Source: Nitrospirota bacterium
Lineage (GTDB): Bacteria > JACPQY01
Assembly (NCBI GenBank): GCA_016180645.1
Contig: JACPAV010000011.1
Span: forward strand, 124,001-158,397
Direction of reading: 5' to 3'
Length of the DNA: 34,397 nt
The notes under the pieces were generated by a model. That model was not told the DNA's origin and did not search any database. It saw only the letters and a list, made by a program, of their open reading frames with translations. A program made the position numbers and the translations under genes. How positions within the stretch are numbered: position 1 is the first letter of the stretch; every line of letters begins with the position of its first letter. Positions 8,684 through 17,998 of the stretch are shown here, piece by piece.

Positions 8684-9535
8684 TCAGCTCCCGTGCGAGG
8701 GGTGTGCCATGTTGCCCTTGCGTGCGGTCAACTGCCGGATCACAGCCAACACAACGAGCGCGGCTCCGAACGTGCACACCACCGTGGCCCCGGTGGGGGT
8801 GTCGAACCGGTAGGACCCCCACATCCCCAGCAGGCTCACGACGGTTCCCATCGCCCATCCAATGGCCAAGCGGTGCCCGATCGATTCCGAAAAGAGAATT
8901 GCCGCGACCGATGGAACGATCAAGTATGAGAACACCAAAAGGACCCCCGCGATGGCCACGGAGGACGTTACCATCACGCCGAATGTCGCGTAGAACAGGA
9001 AATCCCACATTCGCACATTGTACCTGCGCCTCACCTCACCATCCGACTCCGTGGAAATGGCCAGGAATGGTTTTCGCCACAGCCAATGCAACACCCCGAT
9101 CACGGAGTAGAGTGCGGCGAGCTTGATTACTTCGGTGGGGGTCACGGCCAGGAGATTCCCCACCAACAGGTGTTTGATGTGTTCCGCGCCCTCCGGAAGC
9201 CTGTCCATGATCAAGATCGCAGTCGCGGCGCCCATGGCATACACGATCCCGATGATCGCTTCCTGGGGAATTCGCCCGTTCCTTGCCCTCGTCAGGGCAA
9301 AGAGCGCCGCTCCCAACAGGGTGAATCCCAGCGAGAAGAGGTAGGCGGCCTGGCCGTGCAGCTCGAAGCCGCACAGCAAGGCGATGGTCGCGCCCAGGGC
9401 AGCCACTTGCGCCAGGGAAAGATCCACGAAAATGACGCCTCGCTCCACCACGTGGAGTCCCAAATAGGCGTGGATCCCGGTGATGACGAGGCACGCGACC
9501 GACGGCCAGAACAGGAATTGCGCAACTTCCATCAT
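8684..9535 (-). CDS. Zn/Mn-type metal ABC transporter permease
   Basis: Multiple TM helices; LGLHVVERGVIFVDLSLAQVAALG, EAIIGIVY, GVLLVFSYLIVP (ABC-3 family). Confidence 0.88.
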   Translation of the reverse strand: MMEVAQFLFWPSVACLVITGIHAYLGLHVVERGVIFVDLSLAQVAALGATIALLCGFELHGQAAYLFSLGFTLLGAALFALTRARNGRIPQEAIIGIVYAMGAATAILIMDRLPEGAEHIKHLLVGNLLAVTPTEVIKLAALYSVIGVLHWLWRKPFLAISTESDGEVRRRYNVRMWDFLFYATFGVMVTSSVAIAGVLLVFSYLIVPSVAAILFSESIGHRLAIGWAMGTVVSLLGMWGSYRFDTPTGATVVCTFGAALVVLAVIRQLTARKGNMAHPSHGS

Positions 9536-9539
9536 CGGA

Positions 9540-10457
9540 TCACCCCCGATTCTCCAAGGCTTCTCTTAGGCGCCGGACCTGCGCGTCGAAGAGATCGAAA
9601 TAGGTCTTGATTTCTTCCGTTCCTCCAACCGACGGAGGAAACACCACGAAAGTTGCGCCTCCTTCACGCGCGACTTTCTCGGGAAGTTTCGGATCGAAGT
9701 AAGGTTCCACCAGCACCAAGGGGATCGCCTCCGATCGCACCTGCTCGATCAGGTCATGAATATGCGCCGGCGAAGGTGGAATCCCCGGCTTGGGCTCGAT
9801 GTAGTTCACCACGTTGAGACCGAAACGCCCGGCAAAGTTCGGCCAGGAGTTATGATAGGTGACGACCTTGACTCCTTTGTAGGGAGCCAGAAGGGTGTCC
9901 CACTCCTTCTCTTTGCCTGCAAGTTTCACCTCAAATCGCGCGAAGTTGGCCACGTAGTCCTTCGCATGATCACGATCCAACGCGGCAAGCCTCTGAGCGA
10001 TACTCCTCGCGATGATCCGGCCATTGCCGGGATCAAGCCAGTAGTGGGGATTGCCGAGCGGATGCACGTCGCCGAGCGAGCGATCGACGCGTCCCTCCGG
10101 CCTTTGCGTGATGTTGCAGCCTTCGGAGGCATCCATGAAACCCATGTTGCCAGGGAGGATTCTCGGATTCCTCGCGTTGGTGAGCAGGGACGTGGCCCAC
10201 CCCACTTCGAGTTCGAGTCCCACCTGGATGTACAGATCGGCCCTCTTGAGTTTCAGCAGGTAGCTGGGCTTGGCCTCCACAAAATGGGGATCCTGGTAGC
10301 CTCGCGCGATGGGGGTGGCATCCACCCAATCGCCACCGACTTCGCGGGCCAACGCGGAGAGGTCTTCGGTAGTGGTCACCACCTGGACCTTGGCGAGAGC
10401 GAGTGAAGGAATTGCGGACAAGAGCGCGACGGACAGAAACATTGTTCGAATAGTCAT
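9540..10457 (-). CDS. Metal ABC transporter substrate-binding protein (ZnuA/TroA family)
   Basis: Start ATG 10457 with AAGGAGG Shine-Dalgarno; signal peptide; QDPHF, DVHPLGNPHYWLDP, YHNSW, EPKPGIPPS. Confidence 0.9.
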   Translation of the reverse strand: MTIRTMFLSVALLSAIPSLALAKVQVVTTTEDLSALAREVGGDWVDATPIARGYQDPHFVEAKPSYLLKLKRADLYIQVGLELEVGWATSLLTNARNPRILPGNMGFMDASEGCNITQRPEGRVDRSLGDVHPLGNPHYWLDPGNGRIIARSIAQRLAALDRDHAKDYVANFARFEVKLAGKEKEWDTLLAPYKGVKVVTYHNSWPNFAGRFGLNVVNYIEPKPGIPPSPAHIHDLIEQVRSEAIPLVLVEPYFDPKLPEKVAREGGATFVVFPPSVGGTEEIKTYFDLFDAQVRRLREALENRG

Positions 10458-10468
10458 GATAAACCTCC

Positions 10469-11590
10469 TTAGAACGGATCGGCGCCGTGCGGGCCGATAT
10501 TGAAAGTGACCTTGAGAAGGCCGAGGGTGTCTTCCGCCCCACCTTCCTTCCACACTTGCTTGCCTTGCAAACTTATCCGGCAGAATTCGGAAGTCGCAAA
10601 TGTGAGGTAAGCAAGACCGCCGGTCACACGATCCGATCTGTCCGTCGGCGACTCGGACCAGTCGTACCGGGCACCGGTGCGCCAGCGCCGCGCGAACTGG
10701 TATTCGAGGTGCGAGAACAGGCCGGCAGTCGCCAACGCGGAATCGGCCGCCCGCTCGCGGTTGTTCAAGAAAGCTTCTGTTTGCCAGAACCAGGAGCCGT
10801 AAATCGCCCGACGCGGATTCTTCCACCGCATCGTCAAGTCCACCCCGTAGAGTCGGTTTCCAGGTGTGAATGATTCGCCCGTCGCCTCGTCCGCGACCGG
10901 GCCCGCCGTCCCAAGGGCGACGCTGGCTCCAACATTGGCGTTCAACGCTTCGGTCAGGTCGTGGTAGCTGCTGAGACGGCCGACGTAAAGCAGGTCATTC
11001 CGGCCTGCGGCACCGAAGGCCGGGGTTTCCTCCGTGTCGGGCATATTCATCGCTTCGGCATCCAGGTTGATGAGCCACCATGGATTGGGAACGTGCCACG
11101 AGAGTGCTCCACCGATGCTCGCGAGGCCCTCATCGCCCAAGTACCGTTCCTGCGCAAGGGGGCGGTCGGCAAAGGCGGTTTCCGGCCTGTGAGTACGATT
11201 GAATTTCCCGAAGTCCGCCTTGAACTTCCCGAGCTTGAGCGACAGATCCGCAGGGAGCGCAAACCACGTGAGATATCCCTCTTCGAGATCGACGCCTCCC
11301 TCGCCTTCCACCGCTACGAAGAAGTCAGCCCGGGCGAAGGGGTCGACGACCGACTGGAAGGCCAATTCCGCTTCCTTGAATTGGAACCGCGGGGTCTTGT
11401 CTTCTCCCGCCTCCGTTTCCCTTTGCCCCGCTTCGGCCTGGAACCATCCGATGGCGCTGATATTCGGATTCAGAATGTTTGACGATTGCAGTGCTGCGCC
11501 GCTCGATTGGGGCGACGTGGATTGCGACCACGCAACCAGCGGGCCCGCAAGAAACGCAAGCCCGATCAGCGAAATGAAAACAACTCTCAT
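10469..11590 (-). CDS. Outer-membrane beta-barrel of the type found in metal-uptake operons
   Basis: Signal peptide; NPNIS, EAELAFQSVVDPF, EEGY, FGKFNRTH; C-terminal IGPHGADPF. Confidence 0.78.
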   Translation of the reverse strand: MRVVFISLIGLAFLAGPLVAWSQSTSPQSSGAALQSSNILNPNISAIGWFQAEAGQRETEAGEDKTPRFQFKEAELAFQSVVDPFARADFFVAVEGEGGVDLEEGYLTWFALPADLSLKLGKFKADFGKFNRTHRPETAFADRPLAQERYLGDEGLASIGGALSWHVPNPWWLINLDAEAMNMPDTEETPAFGAAGRNDLLYVGRLSSYHDLTEALNANVGASVALGTAGPVADEATGESFTPGNRLYGVDLTMRWKNPRRAIYGSWFWQTEAFLNNRERAADSALATAGLFSHLEYQFARRWRTGARYDWSESPTDRSDRVTGGLAYLTFATSEFCRISLQGKQVWKEGGAEDTLGLLKVTFNIGPHGADPF

Positions 11591-11620
11591 AAAACAGTTC
11601 CTCCAATGGCAAGAATCAGT

Positions 11621-11648
11621 TTCCTCGGGCTGGAGCCCTAAGGATGAC
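11621..11648 (-). repeat. Hairpin / single REP-like palindrome between leader ORF and outer-membrane gene
   Basis: Minus strand GTCATCCTTAGGGCTCCAGCCCGAGGAA (imperfect stem TCCT..GGGCT/AGCCC..AGGA). Confidence 0.5.
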
Positions 11649-11678
11649 GGATTGTTCGGCCCCTGTAGGCCGGAGGAG

Positions 11679-12071
11679 CTAGGCGCGAGGAGGAGACTGC
11701 TTGGGGGCGAGGAGGATCAGATCGACGGTGCGGAGGACCGGGCGGGCCACAACGCTCCGATCCGCAACCTGGCTCTCGGGCACCGAGAGCATTCGAACTT
11801 GGGATGCCGTACCGACCAGACTTCGGGCCGAGGCGAGAAACACACATCCATGATTATGGCCGGCCACATCCCTGCGCTCTTCGGCGTCCCCTGCCCACCC
11901 ATGGGCGGAAGGCAGGGACGCGGCGACCGAGGGATCTTGGTGAACGACCTCGCCGTGGCGGGGGCAGATTCGGTGTTGCGTGAAGGCCCCATGGGCCAGG
12001 GCGGAGATCTGACCGAGGACAAACAGGACGGCCACCCACCCAGCCATGCGCCTTCGCAGATTTGTCCGCAT
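11679..12071 (-). CDS. His/Cys-rich DUF2946-like upstream ORF of the metal-uptake operon
   Basis: RRR plus hydrophobic segment, HRICPRHGEVVH, HNHGC, C-terminal LLAPKQSPPRA; first gene of the operon. Confidence 0.7.
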   Translation of the reverse strand: MRTNLRRRMAGWVAVLFVLGQISALAHGAFTQHRICPRHGEVVHQDPSVAASLPSAHGWAGDAEERRDVAGHNHGCVFLASARSLVGTASQVRMLSVPESQVADRSVVARPVLRTVDLILLAPKQSPPRA

Positions 12072-12077
12072 TCCTCC

Positions 12078-12106
12078 AAAATACCTGCCGCTTCCCCGCT
12101 TGTCAA
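12078..12106 (-). promoter_or_regulatory. sigma70 promoter of the metal-uptake operon
   Basis: TTGACA-N17-TATTTT, 6 nt before ATG 12071. Confidence 0.65.
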
Positions 12107-12134
12107 TCCGGGCATATCGCGATACGCCAAAGCG

Positions 12135-12497
12135 ATGACCCCATCGCGCTTTCGAGAGTTGGTGGAAAAGGCTCTGGGGGAGCTACCCGAACAATTCCAG
12201 ACTCACGTGAGGAATGTCCAAGTCACGGTCAAGGCCGCCCCGGGCGCCGAAGCCGATGGGCAGCCGGACGCGGACACCCTGTTGGGCCTCTACGTGGGAG
12301 ATCCGCTCACGCAGCAGAGCGCGACCGAACCGCCGCTCTTCCCGGCCCGAATCTTCATCTACCGGGACAGCATCCTTCAGGAGAGCGGCGAGGATGAGCG
12401 GCTTATCGTGGAGGAAATCCGAATCACTGTGCTGCACGAGATCGGACACCACTTGGGGTTGGATGATGAGGAGATGGCGATTCTGGAGGAGGAGTGA
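12135..12497 (+). CDS. Minimal zincin metallopeptidase (Zincin_1/DUF1025-like)
   Basis: MTPSRFRELVEKALGELP...LLGLYVG...IFIYR...TVLHEIGHHLG. Real start is ATG 12135, not 11199. Confidence 0.88.
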   Translation: MTPSRFRELVEKALGELPEQFQTHVRNVQVTVKAAPGAEADGQPDADTLLGLYVGDPLTQQSATEPPLFPARIFIYRDSILQESGEDERLIVEEIRITVLHEIGHHLGLDDEEMAILEEE

Positions 12498-13748
12498 TCA
12501 GTCTTCGCGCTTGACAAGCCCTTCGCCGGACACGTACCAACCGTTGTGCAGAGGCGGCTCTCCCTCACCTGAAAAGGTGAGCTTGATGGCCTTCGGGTAA
12601 CTCTTCTGCTCCACTTGGAGGATGCTCGTACCCGACAGCACGATTTCGAAGGACTTCGGAGTCTTGTACGGTCCGCCGTTCCACGCCGACCACTTCCCGG
12701 TCACAGGGTCCTGTGTCCTGCTTTTCCGACCGTAATCGAGGAGCAGCATTCCATCCTGTTTCAATGCGCGCACGGACACGCTGGTCCGGCCCTTCAGGGG
12801 TTGACCGTAGATTCTGAGGGATTCCTCCGTCTCCACCGTCCAGAGCCGATCTTTCCCTCGCACTTCCGTGCCGAGCACCTTCATCCGGGTCACCTTCATT
12901 TGAGACGCATCCTGCCTGATATCCTGGTAGATGACTTTTCCCGCCGTCAGCGCGAAGTATTCCCCCGCGCGGATAGAGGCCAGCGTGTCGAGTCGAGTCT
13001 TCGCCGATTGGATTTCCGAGATGAGGCTTTCGGCCTGCTTCATCGCGTCGGAAGGCAGCCCTTCCGTCTTCAACTCCATCGCAGAGACGTACGCCTTCTC
13101 GACCTCCCCGGCGGCGAGGAGCTCCTTCATATCCTCCAAGGACCAGTACAATTGCCCCACCGAGGATTCCAAATCCCGGTAGCGCCGATCGGGTTCCTCC
13201 CCCAATCCCATTCCCAAATCCTCTCCGATCTGAAAGGCGCGGTGGAGTTCCATGTAGGCATTCAGGTGGCGACCTTTCTGGCGATGCTCCAATCCCGTTG
13301 CGATGTGTCCCACCATCTCAGCGGCCGCCAAACGCGCATCCGATTTCCGCTTGGGAAACGGCTGCGGACCGATCCGTTTCAGAACGGCGCGCGAGCGTTC
13401 ACCCTTTGCCGACTCGGATACGGTCCCATAATCAAGACCGCCTGATCGTAGCTTCTCCATGCCGTCCATCACCTCTTCCCAGTGGGCGGACTGTACCGCC
13501 TTGTCGATCCCGATCACCGCCAGGACATCCTGCATCCGGAGCAATCCTGCCCGCGACGGGATAACGAATTTTCCGGATCCGGCAGAAACGGCGAGCTGGT
13601 AATGATCGAGGGCCTCTTGAAATTTCCCCTGCTCTTCCAGTTGAGCAGCCAACTCGAAAGGCTTCTTCGACCGGTCGCAGGCGGAGAGGAGGACCGCCGC
13701 AATCATCGCGCCGGCTCGGACGTGGTGAACCAGGATGCTGTGTTTCAA
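12498..13748 (-). CDS. Hypothetical lipoprotein, TPR-like helical N-terminal half
   Basis: Lipobox LLSAC; AAQLEEQGKFQEALDHYQLA TPR-like segment; long ORF co-oriented with the upstream gene. Confidence 0.65.
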   Translation of the reverse strand: MKHSILVHHVRAGAMIAAVLLSACDRSKKPFELAAQLEEQGKFQEALDHYQLAVSAGSGKFVIPSRAGLLRMQDVLAVIGIDKAVQSAHWEEVMDGMEKLRSGGLDYGTVSESAKGERSRAVLKRIGPQPFPKRKSDARLAAAEMVGHIATGLEHRQKGRHLNAYMELHRAFQIGEDLGMGLGEEPDRRYRDLESSVGQLYWSLEDMKELLAAGEVEKAYVSAMELKTEGLPSDAMKQAESLISEIQSAKTRLDTLASIRAGEYFALTAGKVIYQDIRQDASQMKVTRMKVLGTEVRGKDRLWTVETEESLRIYGQPLKGRTSVSVRALKQDGMLLLDYGRKSRTQDPVTGKWSAWNGGPYKTPKSFEIVLSGTSILQVEQKSYPKAIKLTFSGEGEPPLHNGWYVSGEGLVKRED

Positions 13749-13762
13749 TTCAGGAGCATGAC

Positions 13763-14995
13763 CTAATACTCAGCCACGCCGCTTTTTTCAAGTGTTCGAA
13801 CGACTCCTGACCCGGCCAACGCGGAGATTTTCGGCAGCGTGTATCCCAGGACCTTACGGAGAATATCCCGGGTATGTTCGCCTAACCGAGGCGGCGGCGA
13901 GGTCGGCAATGAGGCCTGGGTGAATTTTACGGCGCTCCCTACCGCGCGGATCCGCCCGGCGGTCGGATGATGGAGAGTCACTACCGTGCCACGGGACTTG
14001 ACCTGCGGATGATCGAAGGCGCGGTCCATCGTGGAGACGGGACCGCATACGACGTCGCACTTCTCCAGCCGTTTCACCCAATCGGCAACGGTTCGTTTCA
14101 CAAGAATCGCCTTGAGAGCGGGTAGAAGCGTGCGACGATGTCGGTAGCGCGCCGCCATCGTGTTGAACCGCGGATCATCGCCCCACTCCGGTTTCCCAAT
14201 CCCCTTGCATAGATTCCTCCAGAACCGGTCGTTCATCGCCATGACGACCAGGGTGCCATCCTTCGCCCGAAAATTCTGAACGGGGATGATGTGGGGGTGC
14301 CCGGAGCCCGCGACACGTCCCGGCTTCTCGCCGGCGTTAAGGTAGTAGGCCGCCAGATATGTGAAGAGTGACATCTGAGTATCCAGGAGCCCCACGTCGA
14401 CGAGATCGCCACGGCCTGTCGCCTGCCGCCGCCAGAGCGCGGCCACCACGCCGAGCGCGGAGTAGAGACCGCCCACATGGTCCACCATCGAGATACCCGT
14501 CTTGACGGGCGGTCCCCCCGGTTCGCCTGTGATGCTCATCATCCCGGACATCGCCTGGATGACGTAGTCGTAGCCCGGTTTGGAACTCCAGGGGCCGGTC
14601 AGCCCATAGCCGGTCAATGCGCAGAACACGAGGCGCGGATGGATGCGGCGGAGGCGGCCGTATCCTATCCCGAGCCGCTCCATCGTGCCGGGGCGAAAAT
14701 TGTGGAAGACCACGTCGCTCTTTTTGACCAGATCCTCAAAAACTTTGCGTCCATCCGGATGTTTGAGATCGAGGGCGAGGCTCTTTTTGTTCCGGTTCAG
14801 GCTGAAAAAATAAATGCTCTCGCCTTTGATGAAATGCGGCGGGGTGGATCGGGCGATGTCAGGGCTGTTCGGATGCTCGATCTTGATGACTTCGGCGCCC
14901 AGGTCGCCCAGGATCATGCTCCCGAACGGGCCGGCGACGGTCTGCGTCAGATCGAGGACGCGAATCCCCGAGAGTGGACCCCTCCCTTTTTCCAT
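13763..14995 (-). CDS. Family III CoA-transferase (CaiB/BaiF)
   Basis: PLSGIRVLDLT..AGP, LGDLGAEVIKIE, NRNKKS, NFRPG, GYGLTGP, GYD; catalytic Asp in SMVDH; PPRLGEHT. Confidence 0.93.
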   Translation of the reverse strand: MEKGRGPLSGIRVLDLTQTVAGPFGSMILGDLGAEVIKIEHPNSPDIARSTPPHFIKGESIYFFSLNRNKKSLALDLKHPDGRKVFEDLVKKSDVVFHNFRPGTMERLGIGYGRLRRIHPRLVFCALTGYGLTGPWSSKPGYDYVIQAMSGMMSITGEPGGPPVKTGISMVDHVGGLYSALGVVAALWRRQATGRGDLVDVGLLDTQMSLFTYLAAYYLNAGEKPGRVAGSGHPHIIPVQNFRAKDGTLVVMAMNDRFWRNLCKGIGKPEWGDDPRFNTMAARYRHRRTLLPALKAILVKRTVADWVKRLEKCDVVCGPVSTMDRAFDHPQVKSRGTVVTLHHPTAGRIRAVGSAVKFTQASLPTSPPPRLGEHTRDILRKVLGYTLPKISALAGSGVVRTLEKSGVAEY

Positions 14996-15089
14996 GGGCG
15001 GGATGATGGCGAATTGCCGTCATTGGGGCAAGTCGTTCTTTCCGGCGCCCCATTTCTTGATATCGAGCTTCGTCACCAGAGCCGTTGCG

Positions 15090-15329
15090 CTAACATACCC
15101 GAGCGTTGCAGCGGCTACGCTGAAGAAACCCCCACTGCTCGGAATGAACCACGAACCCGATGGTGGCCCACGTCAGGAGTTCTTCCAGCCCAGCCAGCAG
15201 ACTGGCCGGCTTCGTCCTCCGCGCGAGGATATAGATCGTCTGCGCATCGGACAGGAAGCTCACCAAGAACCGGGCGACAAAAACGCCGACCAAAACAAGC
15301 GCCAGTTCCACGGCACACCTCACTTTCAT
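15090..15329 (-). CDS. Possible small membrane protein or gene fragment
   Basis: 79 aa with a hydrophobic N-terminal helix; no recognisable family. Confidence 0.25.
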   Translation of the reverse strand: MKVRCAVELALVLVGVFVARFLVSFLSDAQTIYILARRTKPASLLAGLEELLTWATIGFVVHSEQWGFLQRSRCNARVC

Positions 15330-15417
15330 CGTTATCCCGGACTTCCATGTCCGGCGCCCAAGGTTGAGAGGGCGTCCGGCATCCCGCCGGACCGTCCGTT
15401 TCGTGCTTTCTGATCTC

Positions 15418-15472
15418 GGTCGCCGCAGCCTTCAGGCTGCGCGCCTTACGCAGGCTAAAGCCTGCGGCTACC
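15418..15472. repeat. REPIN-like element (GTAG-type REP doublet), family A copy 1
   Basis: GGTCGCCGCAGCCTTCAGGCTGCG-cgcctta-CGCAGGCTAAAGCCTGCGGCTACC. Confidence 0.8.
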
Positions 15473-15656
15473 AGCAGTCGGTTCAGATCAGTCAGGTCAT
15501 CTCCAAGGTAGCCTCCACCCCCAAGGTGAGTCAAGCCAGTGATCAAGAAATAGTCTCGTACTTACAATAACTTACGAACTATACGTGAAGTCGACGCTTC
15601 CCGAATTTGCCTGAAGATCCAGTTCGTTAACCGGGGATCGTGGCAGAGACTAAAGA

Positions 15657-17225
15657 CTACTGGTGGCGGCGGCGCCAGAAGACATAGGCGCCGGTGAGGA
15701 ACAGGGCGCCCGGAATCAGGAGCATGGTCAACAGGGCCACATTCCGCATTTGAACCGAAGTCAGGCTCACCGACCGGAATCCGGGGGTCTTATCCCGGAT
15801 GGAGATGAGCGCCTCGCGGCGGGCGAGCCAGTTGACCATGTTGAGCATGAGATTGAGGTTGGCGGATAGGTTCACGTAGGCGTTCGATCCGAAATCGGAA
15901 TCCCCAACCACCACGAGGCGAGTCTCCCGCTTGTTCTCTTCCTCGGCCGCGTGGGCCTCGGCGCCTTCCTTCTTCTCGGTCACCGATGCGCCGCCTTCAA
16001 CCGCTTTCGTGACCACCAGAATCACCGGGAGCGGCCCCTTCTCGTCGCCCGCATCCAGCTTGGGTTTGGACATGTTGGTTTCCGCCCAGCTCTGCGGGGT
16101 CGTCTCGGCGAGCTTGACGATCGACACGCCCGACGGCGGAGTGGCCTGCGGCTTCACGGGACGACTCGTGGGAAACAGCGTGGCGTACTTGAAGTTCTTC
16201 GTGATTTCGTGGTCGCCGTACTGGGAAACGAGCGGGATGGTGTAGTCCGCGCCCAGCAATTTCGCGAGCGGATCGATGATGACCTCATCCCGCAGCTCGA
16301 CGCCCCAATCTTTGAGCCAGTCTTTCCAACCGCCGGAATCGGGATCCAGCATCATCAGGAGCCGCCCGCCGGCTTGCGCGTACTGTCCGAGCCGCTTCTG
16401 CTCCTCGTCGAAATACTTGAGTCGGGGGCCGGACACGATGACCACGGCGGCGTCCGCCGGAACCTTCTCCTGCTGCGCGAGCGCGAGCGGCCGCACCTGA
16501 TAGTTCTCGTCCTCCAGGGCTTTCTTGACCTGCGAATATCCGTTTTCTTCGGCATCGTCGGGATCCTTCTCGCCGTGGCCCTTGGTGAAATAGATGACGG
16601 GCGTCGAATCGGATGTGACCTTGACCACAGCGTTCGTCAGACTCTCCTCGTTGGTCTCCTCCATTTTCGTCTGATTGCCCTGGCTCTGGAGCACGATCGT
16701 GCCGAGGACCGTGACGCCGTATTCCTTGGCGCTGGCCGGCCGTTTGTAGGGGTCGACGAATTCCACCGTGAACCTGCCCTGGGCGGCGTGCTCGTATTCG
16801 GTGAGCAGGTCCTCGGCCTTCTTCCGCTCCGGAGTTCCCTCCTGGAAAAACGCCGTGACTTTGATATCCCGCTTGAGGCCGCCTACGAGCTTCACCGTCT
16901 TGTCGGTCAGGCTGTACAGCTTCGTTTCCGTGAGGTCCACGCGCCAGCTTCGTTTCACCCCGATGTAGTTGATCGCCACCATCACGCCCAGGACGATCAG
17001 GAGGAAGAAGCCTGCGCCACCCGCGTATCGAGTGCCCTTGGCGCTCAAGACGTTCTTGACGAGATCGAAGTACGCGAAGAGGGCGACAAGGAGGGACACG
17101 AGACCCGCGATGGCCAAGGCCGTAGGCACCGTGCCGAACTCGTCCGTCATGATCATGGCCACGGCCGCAGCGATCAACAGCCCGGCAGCCAGCGGAAGGA
17201 TCAGTTTCTTGAGTCGCAGCAACAC
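15657..17225 (-). CDS. GldG-like ABC transporter auxiliary component
   Basis: N-terminal TMs; RVDLTETKLYSL, FVDP, YFTKGHGE, GGRLLMMLDP, VVVGDSDF, NMVNWL; C-terminal TM ending WRRR. Confidence 0.85.
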   Translation of the reverse strand: MLLRLKKLILPLAAGLLIAAAVAMIMTDEFGTVPTALAIAGLVSLLVALFAYFDLVKNVLSAKGTRYAGGAGFFLLIVLGVMVAINYIGVKRSWRVDLTETKLYSLTDKTVKLVGGLKRDIKVTAFFQEGTPERKKAEDLLTEYEHAAQGRFTVEFVDPYKRPASAKEYGVTVLGTIVLQSQGNQTKMEETNEESLTNAVVKVTSDSTPVIYFTKGHGEKDPDDAEENGYSQVKKALEDENYQVRPLALAQQEKVPADAAVVIVSGPRLKYFDEEQKRLGQYAQAGGRLLMMLDPDSGGWKDWLKDWGVELRDEVIIDPLAKLLGADYTIPLVSQYGDHEITKNFKYATLFPTSRPVKPQATPPSGVSIVKLAETTPQSWAETNMSKPKLDAGDEKGPLPVILVVTKAVEGGASVTEKKEGAEAHAAEEENKRETRLVVVGDSDFGSNAYVNLSANLNLMLNMVNWLARREALISIRDKTPGFRSVSLTSVQMRNVALLTMLLIPGALFLTGAYVFWRRRHQ

Positions 17226-17230
17226 GGCCG

Positions 17231-17998
17231 TTACCTCCAGCGATGGGCGTCGATCGCCTGCTGCGAAATGACGATGCCCGTGAAAATCATGGTGATGAAA
17301 TAAATGATGTGCTTGGTGTCGAAGACCCCTTTGGTCAGGTCTTCCAGATGTTCGGAGATCGAAAGGTGATTGAGCACCTCACCGATCGGCCCGCTGATCG
17401 CCTCGCCCGCCCAGTTGAGAAGCCAGAGAAGAAGCAGCGAGCCGAAACCGATCAGCGCCGCGATGATTTGGTTCTTCGTCACCGACGAGGCCACCAGCCC
17501 GACGGCAAGGAAAGTCGCGCCAATCAGGTAGAAGCCGAGATACGCCAGCGCCATGGGGGCCGGATCGGGCCTCCCATAAAGGAGGAGGGTCAAGGGGAAC
17601 GGAGCCGTCAGGAGCACCATCACCGTGAAGAGTCCCAGACCGCCGAGGTACTTCCCGAGCGCAATCTGAAAGGTCGTGAGGGGAGACGTCAGAAGCAATT
17701 CGATCGTTTGGAGCCGCTTCTCTTCCGAGACCAGCCGCATCGTCAGAATCGGCATGATGAAGAGGATGACGATGCTCAGATTGTGCATGAGGGGGCGCAC
17801 GATCATTTCGTTGATATTGAGCTGTTCGAGCATTTGCGGGTTGCGGGAGGCGAGGAAGTAGTATGTGAGGAAGAACTTCAGGGAGACGGCGAAGAGGTAG
17901 CCCGAAATCAGCATGAACACGCCGCTCACGGCATAGGCCAGAGGCGAGGCGAAATAGGCCCGCATCTCCCGACCGGCGATATGGAGCACATTCTTCAT
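17231..17998 (-). CDS. GldF-like ABC-2 permease
   Basis: REMRAYFASPLAY, PILTMRLVSEEKR..TIELLLTSP, LGKYLG, NQIIAA; ATG 17998 overlaps the ATPase stop (ATGA). Confidence 0.88.
   Translation of the reverse strand: MKNVLHIAGREMRAYFASPLAYAVSGVFMLISGYLFAVSLKFFLTYYFLASRNPQMLEQLNINEMIVRPLMHNLSIVILFIMPILTMRLVSEEKRLQTIELLLTSPLTTFQIALGKYLGGLGLFTVMVLLTAPFPLTLLLYGRPDPAPMALAYLGFYLIGATFLAVGLVASSVTKNQIIAALIGFGSLLLLWLLNWAGEAISGPIGEVLNHLSISEHLEDLTKGVFDTKHIIYFITMIFTGIVISQQAIDAHRWR

Noticed and set aside
11199-12134. Long N-terminal extension of the zincin ORF (432 aa)
   Set aside because: Antisense to the outer-membrane gene and leader ORF; family similarity starts at ATG 12135.
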